NCBI GenBank assembly: GCA_030586555.1
Contig: JAURAC010000024.1
Span: 1 to 53,920, forward strand
DNA length: 53,920 bases
Source: Candidatus Subterrananammoxibius californiae
GTDB lineage: Bacteria > Planctomycetota > Brocadiia > Brocadiales > Subterrananammoxibiaceae
Direction of reading: 5' to 3'
This document shows positions 7,317 to 17,498 of the stretch, piece after piece. Every line of letters begins with the position of its first letter. Positions within the stretch are counted from its first letter, which is position 1. The position numbers were made by a program, and so were the translations under genes. The notes under the pieces were generated by a model that was not told where the DNA came from, made no database searches, and worked only from the letters and a program-made list of their open reading frames with translations.

Positions 7317-8951
7317 TCACACAGGACAGATTAGGTTGCCGTATTTCTCGGTAAGCTTGAGGTTCTCTGTGTAATCCACGGGGACGTCAATCAGGGTGGG
7401 GATGTCCTGATTTAGCGCTTCTTTTAAGGCAGGGACTAATTCAGATGCCTTTTTAATCCTGTATCCTTTCATGCCGAACGACTCGGCATATTTTACAAAG
7501 TCCGGGTTTCTAAGGGAGACGCCAAAGTCTATGCCAAACTCGTTAATTTGTCTCCATTTTATGAGTCCAAAACCATTATCGTTAAAAATAACGGTTACAA
7601 ACGGGGTATTTATTCGGCAGGCAGTTTCGAGTTCCATTGAGGTCATCATAAAGCCGCCATCTCCGCAGACCGCCAAAACCCTTTTCTGCGGATTGATAAG
7701 CTTTGCCGCAATAGCCGCAGGAATGCCAAATCCCATTGTTGCATAACCAAACGAGATTAAAACTGTTTTTGGCTCAAATGCCTGATACATCCTTGCAACC
7801 CATATCATGTGAGCGCCTACGTCGCTTACAAGGATGTCATCCCTGCGCATAACCTTATTAAGGTCGTACATGATGCGTTGCGGTTTGAGTGGGAATCCAT
7901 CGTCGGCTGCATATTCTTTAAATTCTTCAAGTATATGTCTTCTTAATGTCTGAACAAGGGCAATGTCGGTCTTTTTCTTTACAAGCCCCGATAGCAAACT
8001 CAGGCTTTTCTTAATATCTCCAATCACCTCAACCGTTGGAGTGTAATGAAAGTCAACCTCGCCAGGGAGGAGGTCAATATGCACTATCTTCTTTTTCCCA
8101 TCCCTGTTCCACAACTCGGGCTCGTACTCGTTGAAATCGTAACCCACGGTAATAACGAGGTCTGCCCTATCAAATCCGCATGCAATATAGTCATGGAACT
8201 GCATCCCTGAGGATAACAAGCACAAGTCGCTATCGCCTGGCATGCAGCCCATACTCATAAAGGTGTGGGTCACGGGAATATTTGTGCTTGTGACAAACTT
8301 CCTGAGTTCATTAGATGCCTCACCCCTGACGACGCCATTCCCGGCGAGTATTATTGGTCTTCTGGATTGATTAATAATCTGCGCTGAAAGCTTTATTGAA
8401 CTTTCGTCGGGGTATGAATAACTTATCGGGGTAACAGGTAAAGGTGAGCCTTCGACTTCTTCTTTTGAAACGTCAGATGGCACTTCGAGATGGCATGCGC
8501 CCGGCTTTTCTGTCTGGGCTATTCTGAACGCCTTTTTTACCATCTCGGGTATAAAAACCCCCTTCTCCACCCTTGCGTTCCACTTAGTAATAGGCATGAA
8601 GTGGCGTACTACGTCCACATATTGTTTTGACTCCTTGTAGGTTTTTTTAAGGTTTGCCTGTCCTGTGATAGCCACAAGCGGGGCATGGTCTAAGGTTGCA
8701 TCGGCTATGCCTGTTGTGAGGTTTGTAGCGCCGGGTCCGAGCGTGGCAAGACAAACGCCTGGGTTGCCCGTTAATCTTCCAACAACATTCGCCATAAAAG
8801 CAGCGCCCTGCTCATGTCGGGTAGGGATGAACTCTATTGATGACGTCCTCAGGGCTTCGAGGATGTCCATGACCTCCTCGCCAGAAACCCCGAAGACGTA
8901 TCTTACGCCTTCAGCCTCAAGGCACTTTACAAGAAGATTCGCGGCTTTCAC
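7317..8951 (-). CDS. ThDP-dependent enzyme, acetolactate synthase large subunit-like
   Basis: TRHEQGAAFMA, TLGPGATN, GDGG..N ThDP motif; GTG start overlaps the upstream TGA. Confidence 0.88.
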   Translation of the reverse strand: MKAANLLVKCLEAEGVRYVFGVSGEEVMDILEALRTSSIEFIPTRHEQGAAFMANVVGRLTGNPGVCLATLGPGATNLTTGIADATLDHAPLVAITGQANLKKTYKESKQYVDVVRHFMPITKWNARVEKGVFIPEMVKKAFRIAQTEKPGACHLEVPSDVSKEEVEGSPLPVTPISYSYPDESSIKLSAQIINQSRRPIILAGNGVVRGEASNELRKFVTSTNIPVTHTFMSMGCMPGDSDLCLLSSGMQFHDYIACGFDRADLVITVGYDFNEYEPELWNRDGKKKIVHIDLLPGEVDFHYTPTVEVIGDIKKSLSLLSGLVKKKTDIALVQTLRRHILEEFKEYAADDGFPLKPQRIMYDLNKVMRRDDILVSDVGAHMIWVARMYQAFEPKTVLISFGYATMGFGIPAAIAAKLINPQKRVLAVCGDGGFMMTSMELETACRINTPFVTVIFNDNGFGLIKWRQINEFGIDFGVSLRNPDFVKYAESFGMKGYRIKKASELVPALKEALNQDIPTLIDVPVDYTENLKLTEKYGNLICPV

Positions 8952-9073
8952 TCCTCTTCCTCTACTAACTCCATATCCTCACCGCAGCATACGAGTGTAC
9001 CCACGCCGCCTTCCATAACCTTTATCTTTTGCCCACAAATACTGCAGTAATAAATCTGACCCGTTACTGCCAT
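8948..9073 (-). CDS. Desulforedoxin-like mini protein, 41 aa (not in ORF track)
   Basis: MAVTGQIYYCSICGQKIKVMEGGVGTLVCCGEDMELVEEEE*: CxxC..CC FeS4 motif; AAGGAGG RBS; GTGA overlap with the next gene. Confidence 0.88.
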   Translation of the reverse strand: MAVTGQIYYCSICGQKIKVMEGGVGTLVCCGEDMELVEEEE

Positions 9074-9139
9074 TTGAAAACCCTCCTTCTTACCTATTTT
9101 AAAAAGCACGGACAAACTTGTTTGTCCGTGCCACCCATT

Positions 9140-10942
9140 TTACATACTTCTCATAATCCTTAAAAGTTCCGAAGGCGCTACGAAGCCCGTTATAGTTTTA
9201 TCCTTTATTACTGTGCCATCCGGAGAGACAAAAACCAATGTTGGAAGACCACTAACGCCGTACTTTCCCAAGAGCTGGCGCACTGGTGGGTCATTTGAGT
9301 CAGTGCAATCTACCTTAATATTTATAAATCGTTTGGATTCTTTAATAACCTCGGGGTCGGAGTACGTATTCTTATCCATCTGTTTACATACCGAACACCA
9401 TTCCGCCCAGAAGTCTATCATTGCTGGTTTTGCGCTTGCTTTTGCCTCTGCAAGCCCTTTTTCTTCTGAAGTTACCCAATCTATCTTTTCCTGGGTTGAT
9501 ATTGTTTGGCTTGTCATTGAAAGTGGTGGCAGGAACAGGCCCTTGATTAGCAGCGACCCTGCAAGGAAATATAATCCAAAAACCAAACATACGATACCAA
9601 AACTCTTCTTTACACGAATAAGTGCACCACTTTCGGCTATCCTATCCAAGCCTCCAGAAAAGACACCTGTAACTATTAGGAATATTCCAAGGATGACCGT
9701 GAAAAGCCATTCCGGTATTATAAGTCTCAGGTAATATAACGCTGCTCCAAAAAGCATTAGCCCAAAAAATCTTTCCACTATGCCCATCCAGGCGCCTGAC
9801 CTCGGCAGCGCCTTTATACTGCCCGAGAACGTCCCGATAACGATTAAAAGGAGACCCAATCCCCATGCAAATGTAAAGAGCATCCAGAATCCGAGCGCCT
9901 TACTTCCTGTACTTGCAATATAAACAAGCAGACTCACAAGCGCAGGTCCTACGCATGGTGAAGCAACGGTTCCAGATACAAGCCCCATAAAGAACACACC
10001 TGCAATACCAGCGCCACTCTTTGGACCGAATTTTTCAGAGAGGAATGTTGGAGTCTGCAATGTATAAGCTCCAAACATACTAAAAGCAAGGACTATAAAA
10101 ACAGCCACAACGAACCCAATCACATAAGGGCTTTGCATGGCAGAACCAAAGAGCGCTCCCGTTGAGGCTGCTATTATGCCCAGTACAGAATAAACAATAG
10201 AAATACCTAAGACGTAGACAAGGGAGAGTAAAAAACCTTTGAGCGGCGTACCCGCGCTTTGACCACCGATAACAGCCACTGTGATAGGAATCATGGGATA
10301 CACGCAGGGTGTAAAGCTTAAGCCGATTCCAGCTACAAAGGCAAGCAAAAGGGCTGCAAAAATCCCTTTCTTTTCAATTGTTTTCTGAAAAGTTCCTTTT
10401 TCTGAAATTGCTGCTTCTTTGGTTGGTGAAATTGGTGGGACTGTGGGTTTGGTTAATTCTTCGGTGACTAAACCGCCCTTTGAGGGTTCGACAGCGATTG
10501 GTAGAACAAAGTCCTTTGCCTCAGGCAGAAAACAGGTTGTGGCGGAGCATCCCTGATAATGAACAGTTAGCTTTATGTTATATTTGCCGGAGGAGGTCTT
10601 ATCAGAAACCCCTACCATTGAGGTTAAACTTACTTCCCCTTCGTATATCTCTACTTCCTTTTCCTGAAAAGGGTCGTGCTTAACCTTCGGTGCAGGGAAA
10701 TTGAAGGGCTCGAATTGGAATCCTTCCAAAGGCTCAACGTCCACCCTTACCTGATCTTTGTAAATGTAGTGGTTTGGCGAAGCGATTAACCCTACCGAAA
10801 TGCGAGAGCCTTTTCCAACTGCAATACTTTCAGGGGACACTATTGCAGTAACCTGAAAAGGGTCTGCCTGTCCCCAGGCAAAGGCAGGAAAGAGGAACGT
10901 TACCGTCAAGATACAAAATAATTTTTTAAAGACTGTGCTCAT
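9140..10942 (-). CDS. dsbD: Protein-disulfide reductase DsbD
   Basis: N-domain QGCSATTCFLP, transmembrane TPCVYPM and ASPCVGP, C-terminal thioredoxin WCSVC. Confidence 0.93.
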   Translation of the reverse strand: MSTVFKKLFCILTVTFLFPAFAWGQADPFQVTAIVSPESIAVGKGSRISVGLIASPNHYIYKDQVRVDVEPLEGFQFEPFNFPAPKVKHDPFQEKEVEIYEGEVSLTSMVGVSDKTSSGKYNIKLTVHYQGCSATTCFLPEAKDFVLPIAVEPSKGGLVTEELTKPTVPPISPTKEAAISEKGTFQKTIEKKGIFAALLLAFVAGIGLSFTPCVYPMIPITVAVIGGQSAGTPLKGFLLSLVYVLGISIVYSVLGIIAASTGALFGSAMQSPYVIGFVVAVFIVLAFSMFGAYTLQTPTFLSEKFGPKSGAGIAGVFFMGLVSGTVASPCVGPALVSLLVYIASTGSKALGFWMLFTFAWGLGLLLIVIGTFSGSIKALPRSGAWMGIVERFFGLMLFGAALYYLRLIIPEWLFTVILGIFLIVTGVFSGGLDRIAESGALIRVKKSFGIVCLVFGLYFLAGSLLIKGLFLPPLSMTSQTISTQEKIDWVTSEEKGLAEAKASAKPAMIDFWAEWCSVCKQMDKNTYSDPEVIKESKRFINIKVDCTDSNDPPVRQLLGKYGVSGLPTLVFVSPDGTVIKDKTITGFVAPSELLRIMRSM

Positions 10943-10966
10943 TTCCACTCCGCACTCCGAAAGGTG

Positions 10967-11578
10967 TTAATCCTCCCTGTAGATTACATCATCGTAGAAG
11001 GTCTCTAACCTGTTCTTATGTGAAAGCTCTTCCTGCGCAAGGATGTCAAAAAGACGTTTTGTATCAGTCTCATCCACTGCTTTAGACATATTTAAATAGA
11101 ATTCATGCGCTTTCTTCTCACGCTTCATAGCGAAGATAAGAACATCCTGGAGGCTCATGTTTGGAGTAAGTTCCTTCTCAACCAGATAGTCGCTTATGCG
11201 AAGGTCTTGTATCTTCTTCATCTCGCGTGATTGCAACCCTTCGGTCTTATAGCGTTGGAGCCTCTTTACGTGGCCAAGCTCTTCTTTGGCAAGGTCGCCA
11301 ATCAATTTCTTAGCGCCGGGGTCTTTTACTATCTTCAGCGCATCAGAATATACCTTGTATGCCTCCTTTTCTTTAGCCACCGACTGTTTTAATATTTCTG
11401 CTACGATTTTCTTCGTTATCTCTTTTTTGGGAGGAGCAACAACCTTTGTCGAAGATGCAGCAACTCCAGCTTCTTCAATCAAGTCAAAGGCGTATCTTCC
11501 AACATGACAAACAGGACATTCAAACGGGGCTTCTTGCCCCTCACATACAAAACCGCACACCCTGCAACGCCACTTCAC
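10967..11578 (-). CDS. Rubredoxin-like plus ferritin-like (rubrerythrin-type) protein
   Basis: WRCRVCG..CPVC, then two ExxH di-iron motifs (EELGH, EELSH). Confidence 0.82.
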   Translation of the reverse strand: MKWRCRVCGFVCEGQEAPFECPVCHVGRYAFDLIEEAGVAASSTKVVAPPKKEITKKIVAEILKQSVAKEKEAYKVYSDALKIVKDPGAKKLIGDLAKEELGHVKRLQRYKTEGLQSREMKKIQDLRISDYLVEKELTPNMSLQDVLIFAMKREKKAHEFYLNMSKAVDETDTKRLFDILAQEELSHKNRLETFYDDVIYRED

Positions 11579-11649
11579 TTTTTATCTCCTTTCAAAAAGA
11601 TGCGGTAGGGGCATCCGCCTCAGGCGGACAACGTGCCCCTACTGGTAAA

Positions 11650-12585
11650 CTATTTCTTTGCATGCAACTTGGTTAATTCTCGTTCTGCCGCCATGGCGGC
11701 TATAGCCCCTTCGCCAGCGGCGGTTACAAGCTGGCGATATGAGTTTTTCCTTATATCACCTACTGCATATATTCCTTTAATTGCCGTTTCCATATTCTCA
11801 TCCGTCTCGATGTGGCAACCCTGGTCAACACATAGGAGATTACCGAGGAATCCTGTATTGGGAATATTACCCACAAAGATAAAGACGCCCTGACACGGCA
11901 AGTCTTTTCTTTCGTTGTTTAACAGATTCTTGATTGTAACACCTTCTACCATATCCCTGCCAGAGATTTCTTCAATTACGGAGTTCCATACAAATCTAAC
12001 CCTCGGATTTGAGCGTGCCTCGTCCTGAAAAATCTTTGCAGCAGTTAACTCTGCCCTCCTGTGAACGATATGAACAGCCTTTGCAAACTTCGTTATAAAA
12101 AGACCCTCTGTAATGGCAGAATCACCGCCTCCTACAACCACTACATCCTTATCCCTATAAAAGGGGCCATCACAGGTTCCACAGTAGCTAACCCCCCTTC
12201 CAACAAATTCATCCTCGCCGGGGACGCCAAGTTTGCGGGGGTCTGCACCAGAAGCAAGAATAATAATAGGGCTATTATACATGCCAGAATCCGTGGTTAC
12301 TATCTTCGTGTCGCCTTCTACCTTTAGTCCAAGCACCTCTTCGTATTTAATCTCAGCGCCAAACTTCTTTGCATGTTTTTCCATTAGCTCAGTAAGTTCT
12401 GCACCGCTTATTCCGTCGGGGAAGCCAGGATAATTATCAACCAAGGTTGAAGTAAGTATTTGCCCTCCAGTAACTTTTTTTTCAAAAATAACAGTCTTTA
12501 GTTCTGCCCTTCCCGTATATACTGCGGCTGAAAGGGCTGCAGGACCACCACCGATAATTACAATGTCATAAACGTTATTCGACAT
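11650..12585 (-). CDS. trxB: Thioredoxin reductase
   Basis: IIGGGPA, GVSYCGTCDG, VVGGGDSA, HRR and AVGD motifs. Confidence 0.93.
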   Translation of the reverse strand: MSNNVYDIVIIGGGPAALSAAVYTGRAELKTVIFEKKVTGGQILTSTLVDNYPGFPDGISGAELTELMEKHAKKFGAEIKYEEVLGLKVEGDTKIVTTDSGMYNSPIIILASGADPRKLGVPGEDEFVGRGVSYCGTCDGPFYRDKDVVVVGGGDSAITEGLFITKFAKAVHIVHRRAELTAAKIFQDEARSNPRVRFVWNSVIEEISGRDMVEGVTIKNLLNNERKDLPCQGVFIFVGNIPNTGFLGNLLCVDQGCHIETDENMETAIKGIYAVGDIRKNSYRQLVTAAGEGAIAAMAAERELTKLHAKK

Positions 12586-12596
12586 ATTTGTTTACA

Positions 12597-12896
12597 TCAC
12601 GCTGCAAGTCTTAGTATCATTGGACGATTGCAACATCGAGGTGTAAGCCTGTCCGCAATCTTTTGGGTGGGAACACCGGTTCCTTCTTTAATAACTGTAA
12701 TCTCTGCACCGCATACAGGACAGTAGTATATTTGGCATATAACTTCAGTAATTTCCATTGGCTGATTACAGCAGACCGGTGACAGTTTGCCGCCTCCAAA
12801 CAACACCACAGTTACCTCTGCCCCGCAAACAGAACAGTGATAGACACGTCCAGCAGTTATTTTTAATTTGCGTCCCACCTGATAACTTTTTCCCAT
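12597..12896 (-). CDS. Tandem desulforedoxin-domain protein
   Basis: Two YxCxxCG..CCN repeats. Confidence 0.8.
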   Translation of the reverse strand: MGKSYQVGRKLKITAGRVYHCSVCGAEVTVVLFGGGKLSPVCCNQPMEITEVICQIYYCPVCGAEITVIKEGTGVPTQKIADRLTPRCCNRPMILRLAA

Positions 12897-12929
12897 ACCT
12901 TTTTACAGAACCAAACAGAATATTGTGCC

Positions 12930-13370
12930 TCATCTCTTTACAGTGCGCCGAATCTCTCGCTCTATCATGCGCTTCTTGATAGATTCCCTCTTGTCGAGCA
13001 ATCGCTTACCACGACCAACGGCAAGCTCAACCTTTGCGAGTCCATCTTTAAAATACATTGAAATCGGGATGAGGGTAAAACCCCTCTGTTGAATCTTTCC
13101 TATAAGCTTGTTTATCTCACGGCGATGTAATAATAATTTTCTAACACGTTTGGGGTCGTGATTTTCGCGATTGCCCTGTTCGTAAGGGCTTATATCTAAA
13201 TTGTATAGAAAAACCTCATTACCTTTGAGCTGGGCATAACTTTCGTTCAGGCTTGCATTCTTATTTCGCAGGGATTTTACCTCCGTGCCTTTAAGTACAA
13301 TGCCCGCTTCATACTTTTCCAGTATTTCGTACTGGAAGTGCGCCTTCCTGTTGGTAGCTATAATTTCCAT
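12930..13370 (-). CDS. smpB: SsrA-binding protein
   Basis: NRKA, EAGIVLKGTEVKSLR, RKLLLHRREI and DKRE motifs; start taken at MEIIATN. Confidence 0.97.
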   Translation of the reverse strand: MEIIATNRKAHFQYEILEKYEAGIVLKGTEVKSLRNKNASLNESYAQLKGNEVFLYNLDISPYEQGNRENHDPKRVRKLLLHRREINKLIGKIQQRGFTLIPISMYFKDGLAKVELAVGRGKRLLDKRESIKKRMIEREIRRTVKR

Positions 13371-13483
13371 CAAACATCCTATAACCGTTAACTTGTGCTT
13401 GGTATTTTTTTTAATATTACCAAATTTATAACCATAATGCAAGTCCACCTTTTTCAAAGAAGGTAAGTCGTAGGAGAATTTGT

Positions 13484-13512
13484 TTGACAGGGATTGATAG
13501 TTTCCATAAAAT
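13484..13512 (+). promoter_or_regulatory. sigma70 promoter of tRNA-Leu
   Basis: TTGACA-N17-TAAAAT. Confidence 0.7.
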
Positions 13513-13554
13513 TCGGGTTATACATTTTATAGGTTCGACAGGCTCACTACAAGT

Positions 13555-13641
13555 GCCGAAGTGGCGGAATTGGCAGACGCGCTAGGCTCAGAACTTAGTG
13601 GCTGTAAAGCCATGGGGGTTCGACTCCCCCCTTCGGCACCA
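13555..13641 (+). tRNA. tRNA-Leu(CAG)
   Basis: GCCGAAG/CTTCGGC acceptor stem plus ACCA; anticodon arm CTAGG-CTCAGAA-CTTAG; long variable arm; GTTCGA T-loop. Confidence 0.97.
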
Positions 13642-13693
13642 TAGTCAAGGCACTTTTTGACTTTGCTAACGTTATATGTTATACTAATGACGT

Positions 13694-14089
13694 ATGAAAG
13701 GATACATAACCAATATTGAACAAGCAACCAAAGAGAATAAGGCTTTTCGGCGGGTTTTGTATACGGCAAAGAACAGTCAACTGGTCCTCATGACGCTCAA
13801 GCCTCGAGAGGAAATCGGTGAAGAGGTGCACACGCTTGACCAATTCATCCGATTGGAAGAAGGCGAGGGTATCGTTGTGCTCGATGGCGTTAAACATCAG
13901 ATTAAAGAGGATTATGCAGTTGTTATTCCGGCTGGTGCGAAACATAACGTGGTCAACACGTCCTCCGACAGGGACCTGAAACTCTATTCGATTTATTCCC
14001 CGCCTGAGCATCGGGACGGCGTGGTTCATCCGACCAAAGCAGATGCAGAGGCTGATGAAGAGCATTTTGACGGGAAGACGACGGAATAA
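13694..14089 (+). CDS. Cupin domain protein
   Basis: EIGEEVH..DQF and IPAGAKHNV cupin motifs. Confidence 0.9.
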   Translation: MKGYITNIEQATKENKAFRRVLYTAKNSQLVLMTLKPREEIGEEVHTLDQFIRLEEGEGIVVLDGVKHQIKEDYAVVIPAGAKHNVVNTSSDRDLKLYSIYSPPEHRDGVVHPTKADAEADEEHFDGKTTE

Positions 14090-14275
14090 ACCCTATGCTC
14101 ATGGGATGCCTTTTCCATGGAGGGCTTAAAAAGGCAGCCGACTATTTTTAGAGTACAGCACCATTAGTCAAACTTTAACCCACCAAAGAAGCCAATGAAA
14201 GGAGGCGATAGTACACACTGATTCATTTCCAGACATCAATGTTTAAATTAATTAAGACACAAGGGAGGTAAAACT

Positions 14276-15649
14276 ATGATATACGAAAATAAATACTGCA
14301 TTGGGATTCTCTTAATTCCCGTGTTGTTGGTTATAAGTGCGGCATTCTCATTTGCTCAAGAAAAGAGTGAGTCAAGCTATTCGCCGGTAATTGAGGAGCC
14401 ATTTGACAAGGTTATGGCACAGGATAAGGCACAAAAGGATGCCGTGATGAAGCGCCATATGGACTTGCTCAACGAGCGCTACGACCTCTCCAAGAAAGTA
14501 ACGACAGAAGTTACCATGTCAAAAGGAAAACCTATACCAGTTGGACCTACCGCTAAGTTAAAAGGGGGGCTGACATGGGAAAAACTTGCCACCATGACAC
14601 CAGAGGAAATTAAGAAGGATGGGCTATTTCCCTATCTTCCACTGCCACATCCAAATCACTCCGCCGGTGGGATGCTATTTCCAAAAATGCAAATAGAACA
14701 GCTTCCACGCCTGGAGCGATTTGATTTGGATTTTGACATCCCGGAACATTTTCTGCCAGAATTCCCAGCACCAATCTTCCTAACCACCCACAAAGACATG
14801 GGGGATGTTTCTCAAGGCAAGGTGGTAACCCTGGACAACTACTACGAGATATTCAACGGTATCCTAAACCCAAAGCAATTAGAGGGATTGCGACTTTTGC
14901 TTACACAGTTCCCCCAGCAGCAGTTTAACGCAACGGCGGATAGAAAGAGTGAAAAGCCAAGTCAGGGAATCGCATGCTTAGATTGCCATGTGAATGGACA
15001 TACCTCAGCAGCCACACATTTGGTCGGGGATATTCGTCCGCAGGCACACCGAAACCGTATTGACACCCCCACGTTACGCGGGGTTAACATCCAGCGTCTT
15101 TTTGGCTCCCAACGGGCTCTCAGGTCGGTGGAAGATTTTACCGAATTCGAACAGCGTGGGGCTTATTTTGATGGAGACCCTATAACTGCCTTCAAGAAAG
15201 GCACAAACATACTTGAACGAGGTAGCCAGGTTCACTTTATGGCAGAGGTTCAGGAACTCTTTGACTTTCCCCCGGCGCCGAAACTGAACATTTACGGGCG
15301 GCTTGACCAGAAAAAAGCAACGGAGTCAGAAAAGAGAGGCGAGGCTATATTCTTTGGTAAGGGAAATTGTGCCGTTTGCCACCCTGTTCCTTTCTATACA
15401 GACAATCTGATGCATGACCTTCAGGTGGAGAGATTCTACGAAGCACAGACTATTAATGACCAATACATTCGCGCCGAAGGACCCATTAAGACTTTTCCAC
15501 TAAGGGGAATAAAAGACTCTCCTCCCTATTTACATGACGGACGGTTATTGACGCTGGAAGATGTGGTGGAATTCTTCAACCTCATCCAACAGCTCAATCT
15601 TAGCGGTCAGGAGAAAAAGGACCTTGTTGCATTTCTCAGGCAATTGTAA
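14276..15649 (+). CDS. Secreted diheme cytochrome c, bCcP/MauG superfamily
   Basis: Signal peptide; CLDCH and CAVCH; TPTLRG, KTFPLRGI and PYLHDG motifs. Confidence 0.85.
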   Translation: MIYENKYCIGILLIPVLLVISAAFSFAQEKSESSYSPVIEEPFDKVMAQDKAQKDAVMKRHMDLLNERYDLSKKVTTEVTMSKGKPIPVGPTAKLKGGLTWEKLATMTPEEIKKDGLFPYLPLPHPNHSAGGMLFPKMQIEQLPRLERFDLDFDIPEHFLPEFPAPIFLTTHKDMGDVSQGKVVTLDNYYEIFNGILNPKQLEGLRLLLTQFPQQQFNATADRKSEKPSQGIACLDCHVNGHTSAATHLVGDIRPQAHRNRIDTPTLRGVNIQRLFGSQRALRSVEDFTEFEQRGAYFDGDPITAFKKGTNILERGSQVHFMAEVQELFDFPPAPKLNIYGRLDQKKATESEKRGEAIFFGKGNCAVCHPVPFYTDNLMHDLQVERFYEAQTINDQYIRAEGPIKTFPLRGIKDSPPYLHDGRLLTLEDVVEFFNLIQQLNLSGQEKKDLVAFLRQL

Positions 15650-15792
15650 TACGTTGTTGCTTTTTTCCAAAAGAGAAATAATAGGGCAGGACTTGTACCT
15701 GCCCTATTATTTTGGGCAACCATCCACCTAAGGCGGATTGCCCCCACAGTTAGACGGTGAGACAAAGCCTCGACAAGGGCTATCCTTTGACG

Positions 15793-15821
15793 TTGACAAT
15801 TTTAGCCACTTTTGTTAGGAT
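15793..15821 (+). promoter_or_regulatory. sigma70 promoter of the nfeD-floA operon
   Basis: TTGACA-N17-TAGGAT with extended TG. Confidence 0.6.
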
Positions 15822-15864
15822 TAGGTTGTAAGAATGTGTTATAAGTATAAAGGGCTTAAATATA

Positions 15865-17349
15865 ATGAAAAATGCCTTGTTAGTGGTTTTTGTTATTTTA
15901 GTTGTAGGGGTAATTCATGAATTACCCCTGCACGGACAAACAGGTTTGTCCCTTCCACCCGAAGAAGAAGTCTCCAAAAAAACATTTATAATTCCACTTC
16001 ACGGGATGATTGATGGCGGGCTTTTTAGTTCCCTTAAGCGCAGAACAGCACTGGCGTTGAGCGCTGGCACAGGCCTTATTATCTTTGACATAGATACATA
16101 CGGTGGGCGTCTTGAACCAGCCTTTGATATTTCAGACCACATTGCCGGTATTAAAGATGTCAAAACGGTTTGCTATATCTCAAAGAAGGCAATTTCAGCC
16201 GGTGCATTAATTGCAATCTCCTGCAACGAGATAATTATGGCTCCGGAATCAGAGATAGGCGATTGTGAGCCAATTATTCCGAGTGTTGAGGGAAGTTACC
16301 AGACGGCTGGCGAAAAGATACAGACCGTCTTGCGTGCAAAGTTCAGAAAATTTGCCGAGAAGAATGGCTATCCTGTCATACTTGCAGAAGCAATGGTAAC
16401 AAAAGAAATAGAGGCTTACTATATAACCACAGAAGAGAAACCAGAAGGTTTCTTTATAAGCGGCAAGGAATTAGATACGATGACCGAGGAAGAAAAGAAA
16501 GGGATAAAGTCGAAAAAGCTCATCGTTGGAAAAGACGAACTACTCACCATGCATGCACGTGAAGCACACGAGTACGGCTTCGCCAAACATCTGGTAGAAG
16601 ACCAGGATGCGCTCTTAAAATTGTACAATCTAAGTAGTAAGGATGTAACAACACTTGAAACTAACTGGTCTGAGGATATGGTAAGGTTTCTTGAAAGCAT
16701 AGCGCCGATACTTCTCGGCGTTGGCTTGCTTGCCTTGTGGATGGAATTTAAGTCGCCAGGGTTTGGCCTCCCCGGCATTGTTGGCATCCTCTGTCTTGCA
16801 ACCGTCTTTTTAAGCAAATACCTTGTAGGATTAGCTAATGCGCCGGAGATTATCATATTCGTTGCTGGCATTGCATTATTAGCTATTGAGATGTTCTTAA
16901 TTCCTGGGTTCGGGCTCTTTGGAATAACAGGAATAGGCTGCATATTATTAGGACTTATACTCTCCTTTCAGGACTTTATAGTCCCACGCACGCCTGCAAA
17001 TTTCGGTGAACTCCGAATGAATATTTTTGTGATATTATGCAGCCTTCTTGGGAGTGCAACAGCAGGCCTTGTACTATTAAGATTTATGCCGGGAATACCA
17101 GTGTTTCGAAGAATAGTCTTAAGGACTGCGGAAAAAGCAGAGTTTGGCTTCGTCTCTTCCATCCCAATTATTGTAAGCAAACTTGTTGGGAAAAAAGGCA
17201 TTGCCGTTACCACGTTGCGCCCTACCGGAAAGATAGAGGTTGAGAATGAATTCTATGATGTTGTTACAGAGGGGGATTTCGTAGAAAAGGGACGTGTGGT
17301 TGAGGTAACAGAGGTGAGGGGAAATAGAATAGTTGTAAAGCCATTATAA
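15865..17349 (+). CDS. Long NfeD protein (ClpP-like domain, transmembrane region, OB fold)
   Basis: IDTYGG, AISAGALI, PGFGLPGI and TTLRPTG motifs. Confidence 0.9.
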   Translation: MKNALLVVFVILVVGVIHELPLHGQTGLSLPPEEEVSKKTFIIPLHGMIDGGLFSSLKRRTALALSAGTGLIIFDIDTYGGRLEPAFDISDHIAGIKDVKTVCYISKKAISAGALIAISCNEIIMAPESEIGDCEPIIPSVEGSYQTAGEKIQTVLRAKFRKFAEKNGYPVILAEAMVTKEIEAYYITTEEKPEGFFISGKELDTMTEEEKKGIKSKKLIVGKDELLTMHAREAHEYGFAKHLVEDQDALLKLYNLSSKDVTTLETNWSEDMVRFLESIAPILLGVGLLALWMEFKSPGFGLPGIVGILCLATVFLSKYLVGLANAPEIIIFVAGIALLAIEMFLIPGFGLFGITGIGCILLGLILSFQDFIVPRTPANFGELRMNIFVILCSLLGSATAGLVLLRFMPGIPVFRRIVLRTAEKAEFGFVSSIPIIVSKLVGKKGIAVTTLRPTGKIEVENEFYDVVTEGDFVEKGRVVEVTEVRGNRIVVKPL

Positions 17350-17498
17350 AATAAAGTGATAAGGGCCGAGGTGATAGTGACGAGTGAAAGAAAAAGATGA
17401 GATTGCTTCGTCCGCCTCAGGCGGACTCGCAATGACATTCTTGACTATCACCTTTCCACTCGTCACTCGGCACTGTCTCTTTTATTGTTTGACAAGCT

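Noticed and set aside
13642..15760. Prophage or integrative element at tRNA-Leu
   Set aside because: No integrase, phage genes or duplicated tRNA 3' end was found.
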